In this document: one piece after another, positions 1-9,103 of the stretch
How positions within the stretch are numbered: position 1 is the stretch's first letter
Layout of the letters: the number at the start of each line of letters is the position of its first letter
NCBI GenBank assembly: GCA_964372275.1
Contig: CAYJRR010000001.1
Location: 4,962-68,961, forward strand
Source: an uncultured bacterium
GTDB lineage: Bacteria > CAYJRR01
DNA: 64,000 nucleotides
Direction of reading: 5' to 3'
Program-made: the position numbers and the translations under genes
Notes under the pieces: model-generated
Told to the model about the DNA's origin: nothing
What the model saw: only the letters and a program-made list of their open reading frames with translations
The model's database searches: none

Positions 1-66
1 CTGGCGCTGGTCGACCGGGAGCTGGGGCTCCTGTGGGGCCTGACGCACGTCCGGCTTGACCGCTGA
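1..66 (+). CDS. C-terminal fragment of a four-helix-bundle (23S rRNA IVS / TIGR02436-like) protein, truncated by the window start
   Basis: Frame 1 reads ...LALVDRELGLLWGLTHVRLDR then TGA at 64-66. This tail is paralogous to the C-terminus (IDRELAMLWRLTH) of the convergent gene at 114..476. Confidence 0.4.
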   Translation: MALVDRELGLLWGLTHVRLDR

Positions 67-113
67 CGGACGAAGTCGGTGGCGCCTCAACCCGGGGCGC
101 CGCCGGCTCCGCA

Positions 114-476
114 TCAAGCAGTGGTCACGGATGGTTTCGGATGCGTCAGCCGCCACAACATCGCCAGCTCTCGATCGATCCGTGTCATCACCGGTTCGAT
201 CTGCGCCGCCGTCAGCAGATCGTAGGCCTCCGCGAACTGGAGCGCGGCCCGTAGTTCCTGCGCGCTGCCCGCCGAGATCGCAAAGTGATAGCTGCGGTCC
301 TTCCCGAGCCGCCGGCCGCCCTCTCCCGTGTTAGAGACGATGCTCTTCATCGCCCGATAGGCCTGATCCTCCAGGTCCCGATCCCTCGTCTTCAGGACCG
401 CCCGGAGCGGCTTCATCTGCCGGCCGATCTCCAACGCCACGTCGTATGCCTGGAACCCCATCTTCTCGCCCTCCAA
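114..476 (-). CDS. four-helix-bundle protein (TIGR02436 / 23S rRNA intervening-sequence protein family)
   Basis: The 120-aa ORF matches the family's typical length and motifs (YDVALEIGR...LKTRDRDL.DQ..RA..SI..N..EG). Confidence 0.65.
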   Translation of the reverse strand: MEGEKMGFQAYDVALEIGRQMKPLRAVLKTRDRDLEDQAYRAMKSIVSNTGEGGRRLGKDRSYHFAISAGSAQELRAALQFAEAYDLLTAAQIEPVMTRIDRELAMLWRLTHPKPSVTTA

Positions 477-654
477 GTTGTGGTCTGTCCGCCTCGTTCC
501 TTTCTTCGCCCCGTTCGAGAAAGGAACGTGGCGGACAGACCCGCGGAGCGACGACGCCGCGCATTGCCGTTCAAGCGTGAGGAGGCCCGAATGCGGGAAG
601 CGTGACGCCGGCAGTACCGGCGGCGCGCTTCCCGCAGCGTCGACGGCCCGACAC

Positions 655-955
655 CGAAGCGCTTCCCACAGCGGTAGCGGTAGCCGTAGCCAAATCCGTG
701 GCCGTGGCCGTCACCGAATCCGACGCCGTAACCGTATCCGAGCCCGTTGCCGAGACCGAACCCGTATCCGTAACCGCATCCGAGCCCGACTCCGTATCCG
801 TATCCGAGTCTGTGCAACCGGGAAGATGGGCGACGTTTTAGACCGGGCACATGGGCGACAGATCTAGGCCCGGGAGGGGTCGGTTTCGGTTACGGATACG
901 GCGTCGGCGACGGACTCGGTTACGGGTGCGGACTCGGACTCGGCGTCGCCGCCAA
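655..955. repeat. hexamer-periodic (GGNNNC / GNNNCC) imperfect inverted repeat encoding Gly-X dipeptide repeats on both strands
   Basis: Positions 660-830 read as about 28 consecutive 'ccgtaN/ccgagN' hexamers. Positions 880-950 carry the inverse 'ggttac/ggatac/ggactc' hexamers. The minus ORF 413..850 (GTG start) translates as MPGLKRRPSSRLHRLGYGYGVGLGCGYGYGFGLGNGLGYGYGVGFGDGHGHGFGYGY, then Arg-rich text. The plus strand 882-950 reads GFGYGYGVGDGLGYGCGLGLGVA but has no start codon. Confidence 0.6.
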
Positions 956-1059
956 GACGGAAAGGCCCTTGTCTCCCGGGGCCCCTTCCATCGGCGTGCC
1001 GGCGAAGCCGGCGCCCCGCATGCCGGCGAAACCGGCGCGGCGCGTGCCGGCGCGCCGCG

Positions 1060-1506
1060 CTACTCGCCCTTCACCACGTTGATCCGCACCTTCGCCGTCA
1101 CCTCGGGGTGGATCTTGATCGGGATCTCGTGCAGGCCGAGCGTCTTGATCGGCTCCGCGAGCTGGATCTGTTTGCGGTTCACCGCCACGCCTGCGGCGCG
1201 CAGGGCGGCTTCGACGTCCATCGAGGTGACGGAGCCGAACAGCTTGTCCTCCTCGCCAACCTGTCGCGGGATGACCGGCTTGACCGCCTCGATCTGCTTC
1301 TGGAACTTCTCGGCCTCGGTCTTCAGCTTGTCGCGTCGCGCCTGCGCGGCCCGCTTCTGGTGCTCGAGCATCGAGATGTTGCGGGTGGAGGCCTCCATCG
1401 CCAGCCGGTTCGGCAGCAGGTAGTTCCGGGCGTAGCCCGGCTTCACCTTGACCACGTCCCCGACCTTGCCGAGGTTGTCGACGTTCTCTTGAAGGATGAC
1501 TTGCAT
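1060..1506 (-). CDS. rplI: 50S ribosomal protein L9
   Basis: MQVILQENVDNLGKVGDVVKVKPGYARNYLLP... is a full-length L9. The ATG is at 1506. The longer six-frame ORF reaching 1800 is an upstream artefact. Confidence 0.9.
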   Translation of the reverse strand: MQVILQENVDNLGKVGDVVKVKPGYARNYLLPNRLAMEASTRNISMLEHQKRAAQARRDKLKTEAEKFQKQIEAVKPVIPRQVGEEDKLFGSVTSMDVEAALRAAGVAVNRKQIQLAEPIKTLGLHEIPIKIHPEVTAKVRINVVKGE

Positions 1507-1516
1507 GGCGTGACCT

Positions 1517-1882
1517 CTAGATCTTGCTCGAGACGTAGGGAAGCATCGCCACGTTGCGCGCCTGCTTGATCGAGCGCGCCACCTGCTTCTGGTGCTTCTG
1601 GCAGTTCCCGGAAATGCGCCGGGGAATGATCTTTCCCCGCTCCGAGGTGAAGTAGCGCAGCGTGTTGGTGTCCTTGTAGTCGATAGGCAGGGTGGTGTCG
1701 GCGCAGAAGCGGCAGACCCGCCGCCGGCCGAATCGCCGCCCGCCGCCCCGCTCGTCGTCGCGGTCGTCGCCCGGCGCCGCCGGGCCGCGATCGCGGGCAT
1801 CCGAGCCCGCCTTGTCCCTGATGCTGCTGCCGGTGGCGGCCGCCGGTCGGGCGCCGCCGGGGAAGTTCGTCGTGCTGGACAT
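1517..1882 (-). CDS. rpsR: 30S ribosomal protein S18, with an approximately 50-aa N-terminal extension if the ATG at 1882 is used
   Basis: [11 protein letters not shown]...[50 protein letters not shown]. The gene sits 10 nt upstream of rplI. Confidence 0.8.
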   Translation of the reverse strand: MSSTTNFPGGARPAAATGSSIRDKAGSDARDRGPAAPGDDRDDERGGGRRFGRRRVCRFCADTTLPIDYKDTNTLRYFTSERGKIIPRRISGNCQKHQKQVARSIKQARNVAMLPYVSSKI

Positions 1883-1911
1883 CGTCGTCGTTCCTTTTCG
1901 AAAGTGGGTGA

Positions 1912-2448
1912 TCAGCCTTCTTCGTCGTCGGAGCCGCGGGCGCGGTCGTCGTCGTCCTCACGATCGCCGAATCCGCCCCGGTCGCCGTAGCCACCGCGGT
2001 CGCCATACCCGCGATCTCCGTAGCCGCGATCGCCGTAGCCGCGCGACTCGGCCGACCGCTCGTCCTCCTCCGGGGCCTCGCGCCGGACGCGCTTGGTGCT
2101 GGCGTACTCCTTCTTCCGCTGCTCCGGATCGACCTCGTCGGCGAGCTTCACCGTGAAGTGGCGGATCACCGCGTCGTCGAGGCGCAGCTCGCGCTCGACC
2201 TCGTTCACCAGCTGCCCGCCGCCGCAGTAGCCGATCTGGACGAACACCCCGCGCGGGCTCTTCTGGATCGGGTAGGAGAGCTTCTTCTTCCCCCACTCGT
2301 CGATCCCGAGCAGCGTGCCGTTCTGCCGCTCGATCGCCCGGGTCACCTTTTCGACGACCTTGGGGCCGCGGTCCTCGGGGAGCTCCCCCTTGAGGACGTA
2401 GACCGTTTCGTACTCCCGTGCCTTCGTCGCGCCTGCCGTCGTGCTCAT
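1912..2448 (-). CDS. rpsF: 30S ribosomal protein S6 with a C-terminal (R)GYGDR pentapeptide-repeat acidic tail
   Basis: [50 protein letters not shown]... followed by [33 protein letters not shown]. This is the rpsF-rpsR-rplI operon. Confidence 0.88.
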   Translation of the reverse strand: MSTTAGATKAREYETVYVLKGELPEDRGPKVVEKVTRAIERQNGTLLGIDEWGKKKLSYPIQKSPRGVFVQIGYCGGGQLVNEVERELRLDDAVIRHFTVKLADEVDPEQRKKEYASTKRVRREAPEEDERSAESRGYGDRGYGDRGYGDRGGYGDRGGFGDREDDDDRARGSDDEEG

Positions 2449-2571
2449 CTACGTTCCTTCCTTCCGGTCGAGGGGTCCGCCGTTCCAGGACCCCAAGGCC
2501 CCAGGTCGCCCTGGAGCAAGGTGGTTTCAATCTCTCGCCATCGCCTCTGCTTCTTCCTATCTACCTCGCCG

Positions 2572-3171
2572 TCACGTCACCGCCACGTTGAACTCGTTCC
2601 CCGCCACCTGCAACCCCCGGGTCACGATCGCTTCCACCGCCTCGGCGGCGCGAACCACCGCCGCCTCGACCGCCGTCCGCTCCCCCTTCGGGAAGCGGCT
2701 CAAGACCCAGTCGGCCCCGCTCGTCCCCCACCCCTTCGGGGGCTTGTCGATCCCGACCCGGACCCGGGCGAAGTCGTTCGTCCCGAGCGCGGCGACGATG
2801 GAGCGGATCCCGTTGTGTCCGCCGGCGCCGCGCCCCGACTGCAGCTTCAACCGTCCGAGCGGCAGGTCGAGCTCGTCGTGCACCACGATCAGCCGTTCGG
2901 GCCACGCCTCGGGCGGGAGCCCCACGTCGTTCACCGCCTTCCGGACCGCGTCGCCGGAGCGATTCATGTAGTCCTGCGGAAGCACCATCAACACGTCGTG
3001 TCCGCCGATCCGGGCGCTGGCGACCTTCGCGCCGTACCGCCGCCCGTCGATCGGCCCGGCCTCCAGGCGCCCGGCCAACCGCTCGACGACCATGAATCCG
3101 ACGTTGTGGCGCGTCCCTTCGTATTCGGGGCCCGGATTCCCCAGGCCGACCACCACGTGTGACGCGCCCAT
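2572..3171 (-). CDS. pth: peptidyl-tRNA hydrolase
   Basis: VVGLGNPGPEYEGTRHNVGF...HNGIRSI. Its TGA stop is read from 2572-2574 on the minus strand. Confidence 0.9.
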   Translation of the reverse strand: MGASHVVVGLGNPGPEYEGTRHNVGFMVVERLAGRLEAGPIDGRRYGAKVASARIGGHDVLMVLPQDYMNRSGDAVRKAVNDVGLPPEAWPERLIVVHDELDLPLGRLKLQSGRGAGGHNGIRSIVAALGTNDFARVRVGIDKPPKGWGTSGADWVLSRFPKGERTAVEAAVVRAAEAVEAIVTRGLQVAGNEFNVAVT

Positions 3172-3189
3172 CGATCGGGTGCCTCCTTG

Positions 3190-3959
3190 TTATTTCTTCT
3201 TCTCCCCTCCCGCCTTCGCCGCAGGCGCTGCGGCCGCACCCGCCGCCGGCTTGGCGCCGGCCGCCGGCGCGGCTCCGGGGGCCGGTTTGGCGCCCGCCGC
3301 CGCCTTGCCTCCCGCCGCCGGGGCCGCCGCCGCACCCTCCGCCGTCGCCGCCGCGCCCTCGGCCGGAGCCGCCGCCACGACCGGCGTCTCCTCGATCGCA
3401 ACGGTGGTGACCGACGCGATGGTGTAGTTGTCGGTGTAGACCGCCTTCAGCCCGGCCGGCAGCTTCACGTCGGCGACGTGCAGCGATTCGTGCACGTCGA
3501 GGTGCGAGACGTCGACCTCGATCGTGTCGACGACGTCCTTCGGAAGGCAGCGAACCTCGATCTCGCGGTGACCTGGCGTGAGAATCCCCCCCTTCGCCAG
3601 CCCGGCCGGCTTGCCGGTGAGCACCACCTCGATCGCCACGGTGATCTCCTTGTGGAGGTCGACCGTCACGAAGTCGGTGTGGATCAGGTTGTGCTTCAGC
3701 GGATGGCGCTGCACCTCGCGGATCATGACCACCTTGCCGTCGATCGTCGGCTCCCGGGGGCCTTCAGGGTGATGAAGACGTTGTGCCCGACGGCGCCGGC
3801 GACCTTCTTGAGCTGGTCGGGCGGGATCGAGACGCTCTTCGGCGTCGGGATCCCGGCGCCGTAGACGACACCGGGCACGATCCCGGCGGCGCGCGAGCGG
3901 CGCGACGCCCCCTTGCCGTTCGTGCTGCGGGGTTGGACGTTCAGGTCGATGGTCTGCAT
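3190..3959 (-). pseudogene. rplY: 50S ribosomal protein L25 / general stress protein Ctc, apparently frameshifted (or a sequencing indel)
   Basis: The N-terminus is in ORF 3723..3959 (MQTIDLNVQPRSTNGKGASRRSRAAGIVPGVVYGAG...NVFITLKAPG). The C-terminus is in ORF 3190..3732 (VMIREVQRHPLKHNLIHTDFV... with an Ala/Pro/Lys-rich tail). The two frames join if one G is added to the ggg run in ggcccccgggagccg near 3740-3752, giving ...KAPGEPTIDGKVVMIREVQ. Confidence 0.75.
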
Positions 3960-3986
3960 GGCGGTGTCGTTTCCTTAAGGAAGGGG

Positions 3987-4937
3987 CTAGACGAAGAGCG
4001 AAGAGACCGAGTCGTTGTGATGGATGCGGCGGATCGCCTCGGCGAACAGGCCCGAGACCGGGATCCGGTCGATCTTTCCGAGGCGCTTGGCCTCCTCGGA
4101 CAGGGGGATGGTGTTGGTCACGCCGACGGCTTCGAGGACGCTCTCTTTGAGCCGCGAGAGCGCCGACCCCGACAGCACGGCATGGGTGGCGGTGGCGAAG
4201 ATCCGCTTCGCCCCCGCGTCGCGCATCGCCTTGGCCCCCTGGGTGAGGGTCCCGGCGGTGTCGATCATGTCGTCGACGATCACCACGTCCTTCCCCTTCA
4301 CGTCGCCGATGATGTGCATGATCTCGGCGACGTTCGGGCCGGAGCGCCGCTTGTCGATGATCGCGAGCGATGCCTGCAGCCGCTTGGCGTAGGCGCGCGC
4401 CCGCTCCACCCCGCCGGCGTCGGGACTGACCACCACCAGGTCGGCGGTGTCGCCGTTGAACTTGCGGCGGATGTACTCCAGCGTCACCGGCATCGCGAAC
4501 AGGTGGTCGAACGGGATGTCGTAGAACCCCTGGTTCTGCCCGGAGCGCAGGTCCATCGACAGCACCCGCTCCGCGCCGGCGGCGGTCAACAGGTCGGCGA
4601 TCAGCTTGGCGGTGATCGGCGCCCGCGGGGCGACCTTGCGGTCCTGGCGGGCGTAGCCGTAGTAGGGCAGGACGGCGGTGATGCGCGTGGCGCTGGCGCG
4701 CTTCATCGCGTCGATCATCACCAACAGCTCCATCAGGTTCTCGTTGACCGGCGGGCAGGTCGACTGGAGCAGGAAGACGTCGACTCCGCGGACGTTGTCG
4801 TCGATCTCGACCTGGATTTCGCCGTCGGAGAACCGCTTCACCTCGGCGCGTCCGAGCGGAATCCCCAACGCCTCGGCCACCTCGCGCGCGAGCGCCGGGT
4901 TGGAGTTTCCGGTGAACAGTTTGAGCGACATCGCCAT
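3987..4937 (-). CDS. prs: ribose-phosphate pyrophosphokinase (PRPP synthetase)
   Basis: The 316-aa protein has the PRPP-binding motif [15 protein letters not shown] and [12 protein letters not shown]. The prs-rplY-pth gene order is conserved. Confidence 0.92.
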   Translation of the reverse strand: MAMSLKLFTGNSNPALAREVAEALGIPLGRAEVKRFSDGEIQVEIDDNVRGVDVFLLQSTCPPVNENLMELLVMIDAMKRASATRITAVLPYYGYARQDRKVAPRAPITAKLIADLLTAAGAERVLSMDLRSGQNQGFYDIPFDHLFAMPVTLEYIRRKFNGDTADLVVVSPDAGGVERARAYAKRLQASLAIIDKRRSGPNVAEIMHIIGDVKGKDVVIVDDMIDTAGTLTQGAKAMRDAGAKRIFATATHAVLSGSALSRLKESVLEAVGVTNTIPLSEEAKRLGKIDRIPVSGLFAEAIRRIHHNDSVSSLFV

Positions 4938-5119
4938 GATGGGCCGGACGAGGAGTTCGGAGACCGCGAAGGAAAGCGGCCTTCTATCATCGGGTTAGGC
5001 CGGTGGCAAGAAACCTTCGGAGGGGGGACGGGGGTCGTCGCCGCCGCGCGACCACGCGGGGAGCGCCCGCCCGAAGGTCTCGCAGGAGTTGCGTTTTTTT
5101 GCCTGGGCCTCCCCGGAAG

Positions 5120-5713
5120 CTACTGCTCTTCGAACGATTCGATCTGGATCACCGGGTCGAGGCGGTAGCCCTGGCCGTTGACCTTGATGCTCTCGTCGGT
5201 GTCGAAGTCGAGGGTCATGGTGTAGGTCTTCCCCGCCTCCACATCGAAGTTGCCGACGATCTTGATCCCGGTCTGGGATCCGCTCGGAACCTGCAGCGAC
5301 TCCGTCTCGCCGTTGACGGTGACCGTCGCGCCGGACGCCAGCAGCAGCCGGACCTGGTTGTAGCGGCCGGCCGACACCGTCTCGGACCCGAGAACGGCGG
5401 TGGCGTCGGCGGCGATCTGCATCAGGTCGACGACCTGCGCGGTGCTGGTCAGCACCACCCATCCGGCGGTCCCCGGCTCGGCGGCGGTGTCGACGGTCGC
5501 GCTTCCTCCGCTCCTGTGCGCGTCGACGCGGACGACGGTCACGACCGCCGAGGTGACGCCCGGCAAGAGGTTGTTGGGAGGGACGGCGCCGTTGGTAAGG
5601 TGGGTCTCGATCGTCGGCGAACCGGCGCCCCCTCCGCTGCCGCACGCGGCGGCGGCGACGACGAGAACGGAGACGGCGAGAACGGCCAACCAGCACTGTC
5701 GAGAGTTCGTCAT
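5120..5713 (-). CDS. DUF4382-type lipoprotein
   Basis: Signal peptide plus lipobox (LVVAAAAC). The mature part is Thr/Val-rich and beta-sandwich-like (TYTMTLDFDTDESIKVNG). Confidence 0.6.
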   Translation of the reverse strand: MTNSRQCWLAVLAVSVLVVAAAACGSGGGAGSPTIETHLTNGAVPPNNLLPGVTSAVVTVVRVDAHRSGGSATVDTAAEPGTAGWVVLTSTAQVVDLMQIAADATAVLGSETVSAGRYNQVRLLLASGATVTVNGETESLQVPSGSQTGIKIVGNFDVEAGKTYTMTLDFDTDESIKVNGQGYRLDPVIQIESFEEQ

Positions 5714-5923
5714 GGGACCGATCCTACGTCACGACCCCGTCGCTGCGAAGTCGCCTCAGTCACCGGCGACGCCGGGGCCGCGCGCCGCCCCGCGCGCAGA
5801 TGGGGGCACCTCCCGCACCCGTTGCGATGCGCCGGCCGCGGCGATCGACCTCCTAACTCCGCGCGCCGTCGGGCGGTTCGCCACCTCCGGGCGGGGCACG
5901 CGCCTTGCTCGCCGCTGCGGTCG

Positions 5924-7450
5924 ATGAAACGAGCCCACCGCTTCCGCCGGTCCGCCGTGCTCGCACTGACGCTCGTCGCCGCGCTCGCCGCCGGCTGCGA
6001 ACGCGCCGCGCGCTCCCCGTCCGGCGACGACGACGTCGTGGGCGACGACGACGACGACGGGGCGACCCCCACGCCGACGCCGTTCGGCGAACTCTGCAAC
6101 GACGCGCTCCCCGAAGGGGCGGCGGTCTACCACGTCGCCCCCGACGGCGACGACGACTTCGGCGACGGCTCCGCGTCGGACCCGTGGGCGACGATCACCG
6201 TCGCGGTGGAATCGGTGCCCGACGGAAGCGTCGTCCTGGTCGAACCGGGAACCTACTACGGGCGGGCCGAACTGGACGGGGCGTTCGCGAGCGGAATCCT
6301 CGTGCGATCGCGCGTCCCCTACCAGGCGCGGCTGCGCCACGACCGCACCGTCGTCACCAGCCATTCGGGGGAGGGGATCACGCTCGAAGGGTTCGACATC
6401 GCGCACACCGGCGACGCCACCGGCGACCTGGTGGTGCAGATCGCCGACCCCGGCGTCCGCCGGATCACGATCCGCAACAACGTCCTCCATGACAGCTACT
6501 TGAACGACATCCTGAAGGTGAACAACGGCGCCGCGGACGTCCTCGTCGAAGGAAATATCTTCTACAACCAGGAGGGACACGACGAGCACATCGACGTCAA
6601 CAGCGTGACCGGCGTGACGGTGCGCGGAAACGTCTTCTTCAACGACTTCGACGGAAGCGGCCGGACGAACGCCAACGACACCGGGAGCTTCGTGGTGGTG
6701 AAGGACTCGAACGACGACGTCGACGGCGTGCTCGGCGCGAGCGACATCTCGATCGAGCGGAACGTCTTCCTCAACTGGGAGGGGGGCGAGTCCTCGTTCT
6801 TCGTCCTGGTGGGGGAGGACGGAAAGGACTACCACGAGGCGTTCGACGTGACGGTCGAGAACAACCTCCTCGTCGGGAACGCGGCGAACCCGATTCACGG
6901 CGCGTTCGGCGCGTTCGGCGCGCGCGACGTCGTCTTCCGCCACAACACCGTCGTCGGCGATCTCCCGGGACGCGCCTACGGGATCGTCCTCTACCAGATC
7001 GGCGGGAATCCGCCGAACGACGGGATCGCACTCTACGGGAACGTCTTCGCCGATCCGACCGGCACGATGTTCGACTTCAGCGACACGCCCGCCTACGAGA
7101 CCGAGGAGTTCGACCTGACCGGCAACCTCTATTGGAACGGCGGCGACGAGATGCCGTACGGGGCGGCGGACCTGCTCAATCCCGACGACGATCCCCAGGG
7201 TTTGGTTGCCGATCCGCGCCTGCCCGACCCTTCGCAGCCGCCGCTGCCGCGCTGGGACCCGGAGCGGGGGCGCTTCACCGACGGGTCGGCGACCACCTGC
7301 GAGGCGTTCGCCCGCCTGGTCGACCTCCACGCGAAGCCGTTGGCCGACAGTCCGGTCGTTGACGCCGGCGACAACGCGTTGGCGCCCGCGGTCGACATCC
7401 TCGGGCGTTCACGCTCGGGGGCCCCCGATCGAGGGGCCTACGAACGGTAG
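5924..7450 (+). CDS. secreted lipoprotein with a right-handed parallel beta-helix (pectate-lyase-like) domain
   Basis: Start MKRAHRFRRSAVLALTLVAALAAGC (lipobox). The mature part carries repeated NNV/GNxF beta-helix rungs (IRNNVLHDSY, VEGNIFYNQ, VRGNVFFND, IERNVFLN, VENNLLVGN). The six-frame ORF 5003..7450 over-extends upstream. Confidence 0.7.
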   Translation: MKRAHRFRRSAVLALTLVAALAAGCERAARSPSGDDDVVGDDDDDGATPTPTPFGELCNDALPEGAAVYHVAPDGDDDFGDGSASDPWATITVAVESVPDGSVVLVEPGTYYGRAELDGAFASGILVRSRVPYQARLRHDRTVVTSHSGEGITLEGFDIAHTGDATGDLVVQIADPGVRRITIRNNVLHDSYLNDILKVNNGAADVLVEGNIFYNQEGHDEHIDVNSVTGVTVRGNVFFNDFDGSGRTNANDTGSFVVVKDSNDDVDGVLGASDISIERNVFLNWEGGESSFFVLVGEDGKDYHEAFDVTVENNLLVGNAANPIHGAFGAFGARDVVFRHNTVVGDLPGRAYGIVLYQIGGNPPNDGIALYGNVFADPTGTMFDFSDTPAYETEEFDLTGNLYWNGGDEMPYGAADLLNPDDDPQGLVADPRLPDPSQPPLPRWDPERGRFTDGSATTCEAFARLVDLHAKPLADSPVVDAGDNALAPAVDILGRSRSGAPDRGAYER

Positions 7451-7617
7451 CGACCCCCGCGATCCGATTGGAGGTTCGGCACTCCCGTCGAGGGGGGGAT
7501 CCTCCCCCAGCCACCGACGGCGATCCGATTGCCGGGAGAATTTCTCAACGAATTCGGGAGCGGCCGGTTGGCTCGATGGCTGCTTTCCAACTCGGTGGGG
7601 TTTTTCAGGGGGTCGCC

Positions 7618-8538
7618 ATGGAACGTTCCGTGCTGCTCGTCGCGTCGTTGCTCCTCGTGGCCGCCTGCAACGATCCGACGATGGTCGGCGGCCCCTGCGT
7701 CGCGGACGGGACGGCGCCGATGACCGCTTCCGACGCCCCGCGTCGGTCGACCGCGAACGCCTACACGCCACGGGCGTCCGGCGCGATCGGCAGCGCGGCG
7801 TCGAATCCGTCGGACCTTCTCTCGGCGATGAACGTCGAACTGTCGGCCGTCACCTCCGCGTCGCTCTCGGGGCACTTCACGCAATCGGCCATCTTCCCCG
7901 GACTCGGTTCGGTCTCCCCGAGCCGCGGCAGCACCTTCGCGTGGCTCTCGACCGGCGTCGCCGGGGCGGGCACGCCGCAGACGCTCGACACCGCGGCGGC
8001 CGGCACGCAAGAGGGATCGAACCTTTCGGGGCCGGGTTGCGGCGCCGGGCTCTCCTTCGACTGCGTGCAGCTGGCGTTCGCGTTCATCGTCCCCAACAAC
8101 CTGCATTCGGTGAAGTTCGACTTCCGGTTCCTCTCGGCGGAGTACCCGGAATACGTCCTCTCCGGCTACAACGACGCCTTCCGCGTCAGCCTCCGGTCGC
8201 CGTCGCACAACTTCGCCAACGTCGTCTTCGACCATCAGGGGAACCCGATCAACATCGACTCCGCCTTCTTCGGCGAATCGTGCGCCGACCTTGCGGGGAC
8301 GGGATTCGACCTCGGCACCGAAGAGTATTGCGACGCCGGCGCGACCGGCCTGCTCTCGACCCAGGCGCCGGTCGAACCGGGGGAGGAGGTCGAGGTGACA
8401 TTCACCCTCTACGACTGGGGAGACGCGATCTACGACACGGCGGTGATGATCGACAACTTCGAGCTGTCGCCCGACGAGGTCGACGGGCCCAACACCGATC
8501 CCACCGACGAGCCCGAACCCGACGGCGATTGCGGTTAG
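7618..8538 (+). CDS. secreted lipoprotein, choice-of-anchor-L-like conserved hypothetical
   Basis: Start MERSVLLVASLLLVAAC (lipobox). Contains FLSAEYPEYVLSGYNDAFRVSL and an acidic C-terminus ending in DCG. The family assignment is from memory only. Confidence 0.55.
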   Translation: MERSVLLVASLLLVAACNDPTMVGGPCVADGTAPMTASDAPRRSTANAYTPRASGAIGSAASNPSDLLSAMNVELSAVTSASLSGHFTQSAIFPGLGSVSPSRGSTFAWLSTGVAGAGTPQTLDTAAAGTQEGSNLSGPGCGAGLSFDCVQLAFAFIVPNNLHSVKFDFRFLSAEYPEYVLSGYNDAFRVSLRSPSHNFANVVFDHQGNPINIDSAFFGESCADLAGTGFDLGTEEYCDAGATGLLSTQAPVEPGEEVEVTFTLYDWGDAIYDTAVMIDNFELSPDEVDGPNTDPTDEPEPDGDCG

Positions 8539-9005
8539 TGCTGCCAGGGGCGCGGGCGCGGCGGCGGCATCCGATCGCGCAGCGCATCGCGGGTCTTGAG
8601 CCGTGCCACCCGGCCGAACACCAGCCGGTCGAGCGCCTCGTCCTCTTCGTCGATGCGGGCATCACGCGATTCGAGCCGGATCAGCCGCGCCTCGATCCGG
8701 TCGAGCGACGCCTGCGCAATCTCGTCGGCGTCGCGCGATTCGTGGCTCCCGCGGTGCACCAGCGTCGCGGTGAGGACGACGAACGCCAGCAGCTGGAGGA
8801 ACTCCGACTGCCAGTTCTCGAACGTCGACTCGCCCCACGTCCAGATGTAGCCACCGGGCCCCCACACGCGAGCCATGCCGCCATGAGCGCCCTGTTCGTC
8901 GGCGAAGGCGTGCCAGCCCATCCAGGTCTGGAGCGTCCAGCTCACCAGCAGCAGGGCGAGCAGCGTCAGGCTCAGGCTGTAGTTCGTCCAGAGGCGGCGA
9001 ATCAT
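8535..9005 (-). CDS. small membrane protein with a coiled-coil tail (possibly DUF6766 family)
   Basis: MIRRLWTNYSLSLTLLALLLVSWTLQTWMGWHAFADEQ has two TM helices. This is followed by an Arg/Glu-rich coiled coil. Confidence 0.5.
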   Translation of the reverse strand: MIRRLWTNYSLSLTLLALLLVSWTLQTWMGWHAFADEQGAHGGMARVWGPGGYIWTWGESTFENWQSEFLQLLAFVVLTATLVHRGSHESRDADEIAQASLDRIEARLIRLESRDARIDEEDEALDRLVFGRVARLKTRDALRDRMPPPRPRPWQH

Positions 9006-9103
9006 GGAGCCTTCTCCCCGTTCTGGTGGCCGGGGGCCCGGACGCAAGCGCACGCGGGAGGACCGGGTGGTCTGGCGGCCGCCGAGCCGCTACGCTCTCC
9101 CCC

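Noticed and set aside
851-1423. 190-aa plus ORF beginning MGDRSRPGRGRFRLRIRRRRR
   Set aside because: It is the wrong frame of the hexamer repeat (poly-Arg) and then runs antisense to rplI. Not coding.
2988-3410. Pro/Arg-rich ORFs (2988..3401 minus, 3159..3410 plus) near pth/rplY
   Set aside because: They mirror the Ala/Pro/Lys-rich tail coding region of L25. Spurious.
4938-5119. sigma-70-like promoter for prs (TTGCCA-17-TAGAAG) and a possible terminator after the DUF4382 gene
   Set aside because: The matches are too weak to report as features (3/6 at the -10 element, no clear hairpin and U-tract).
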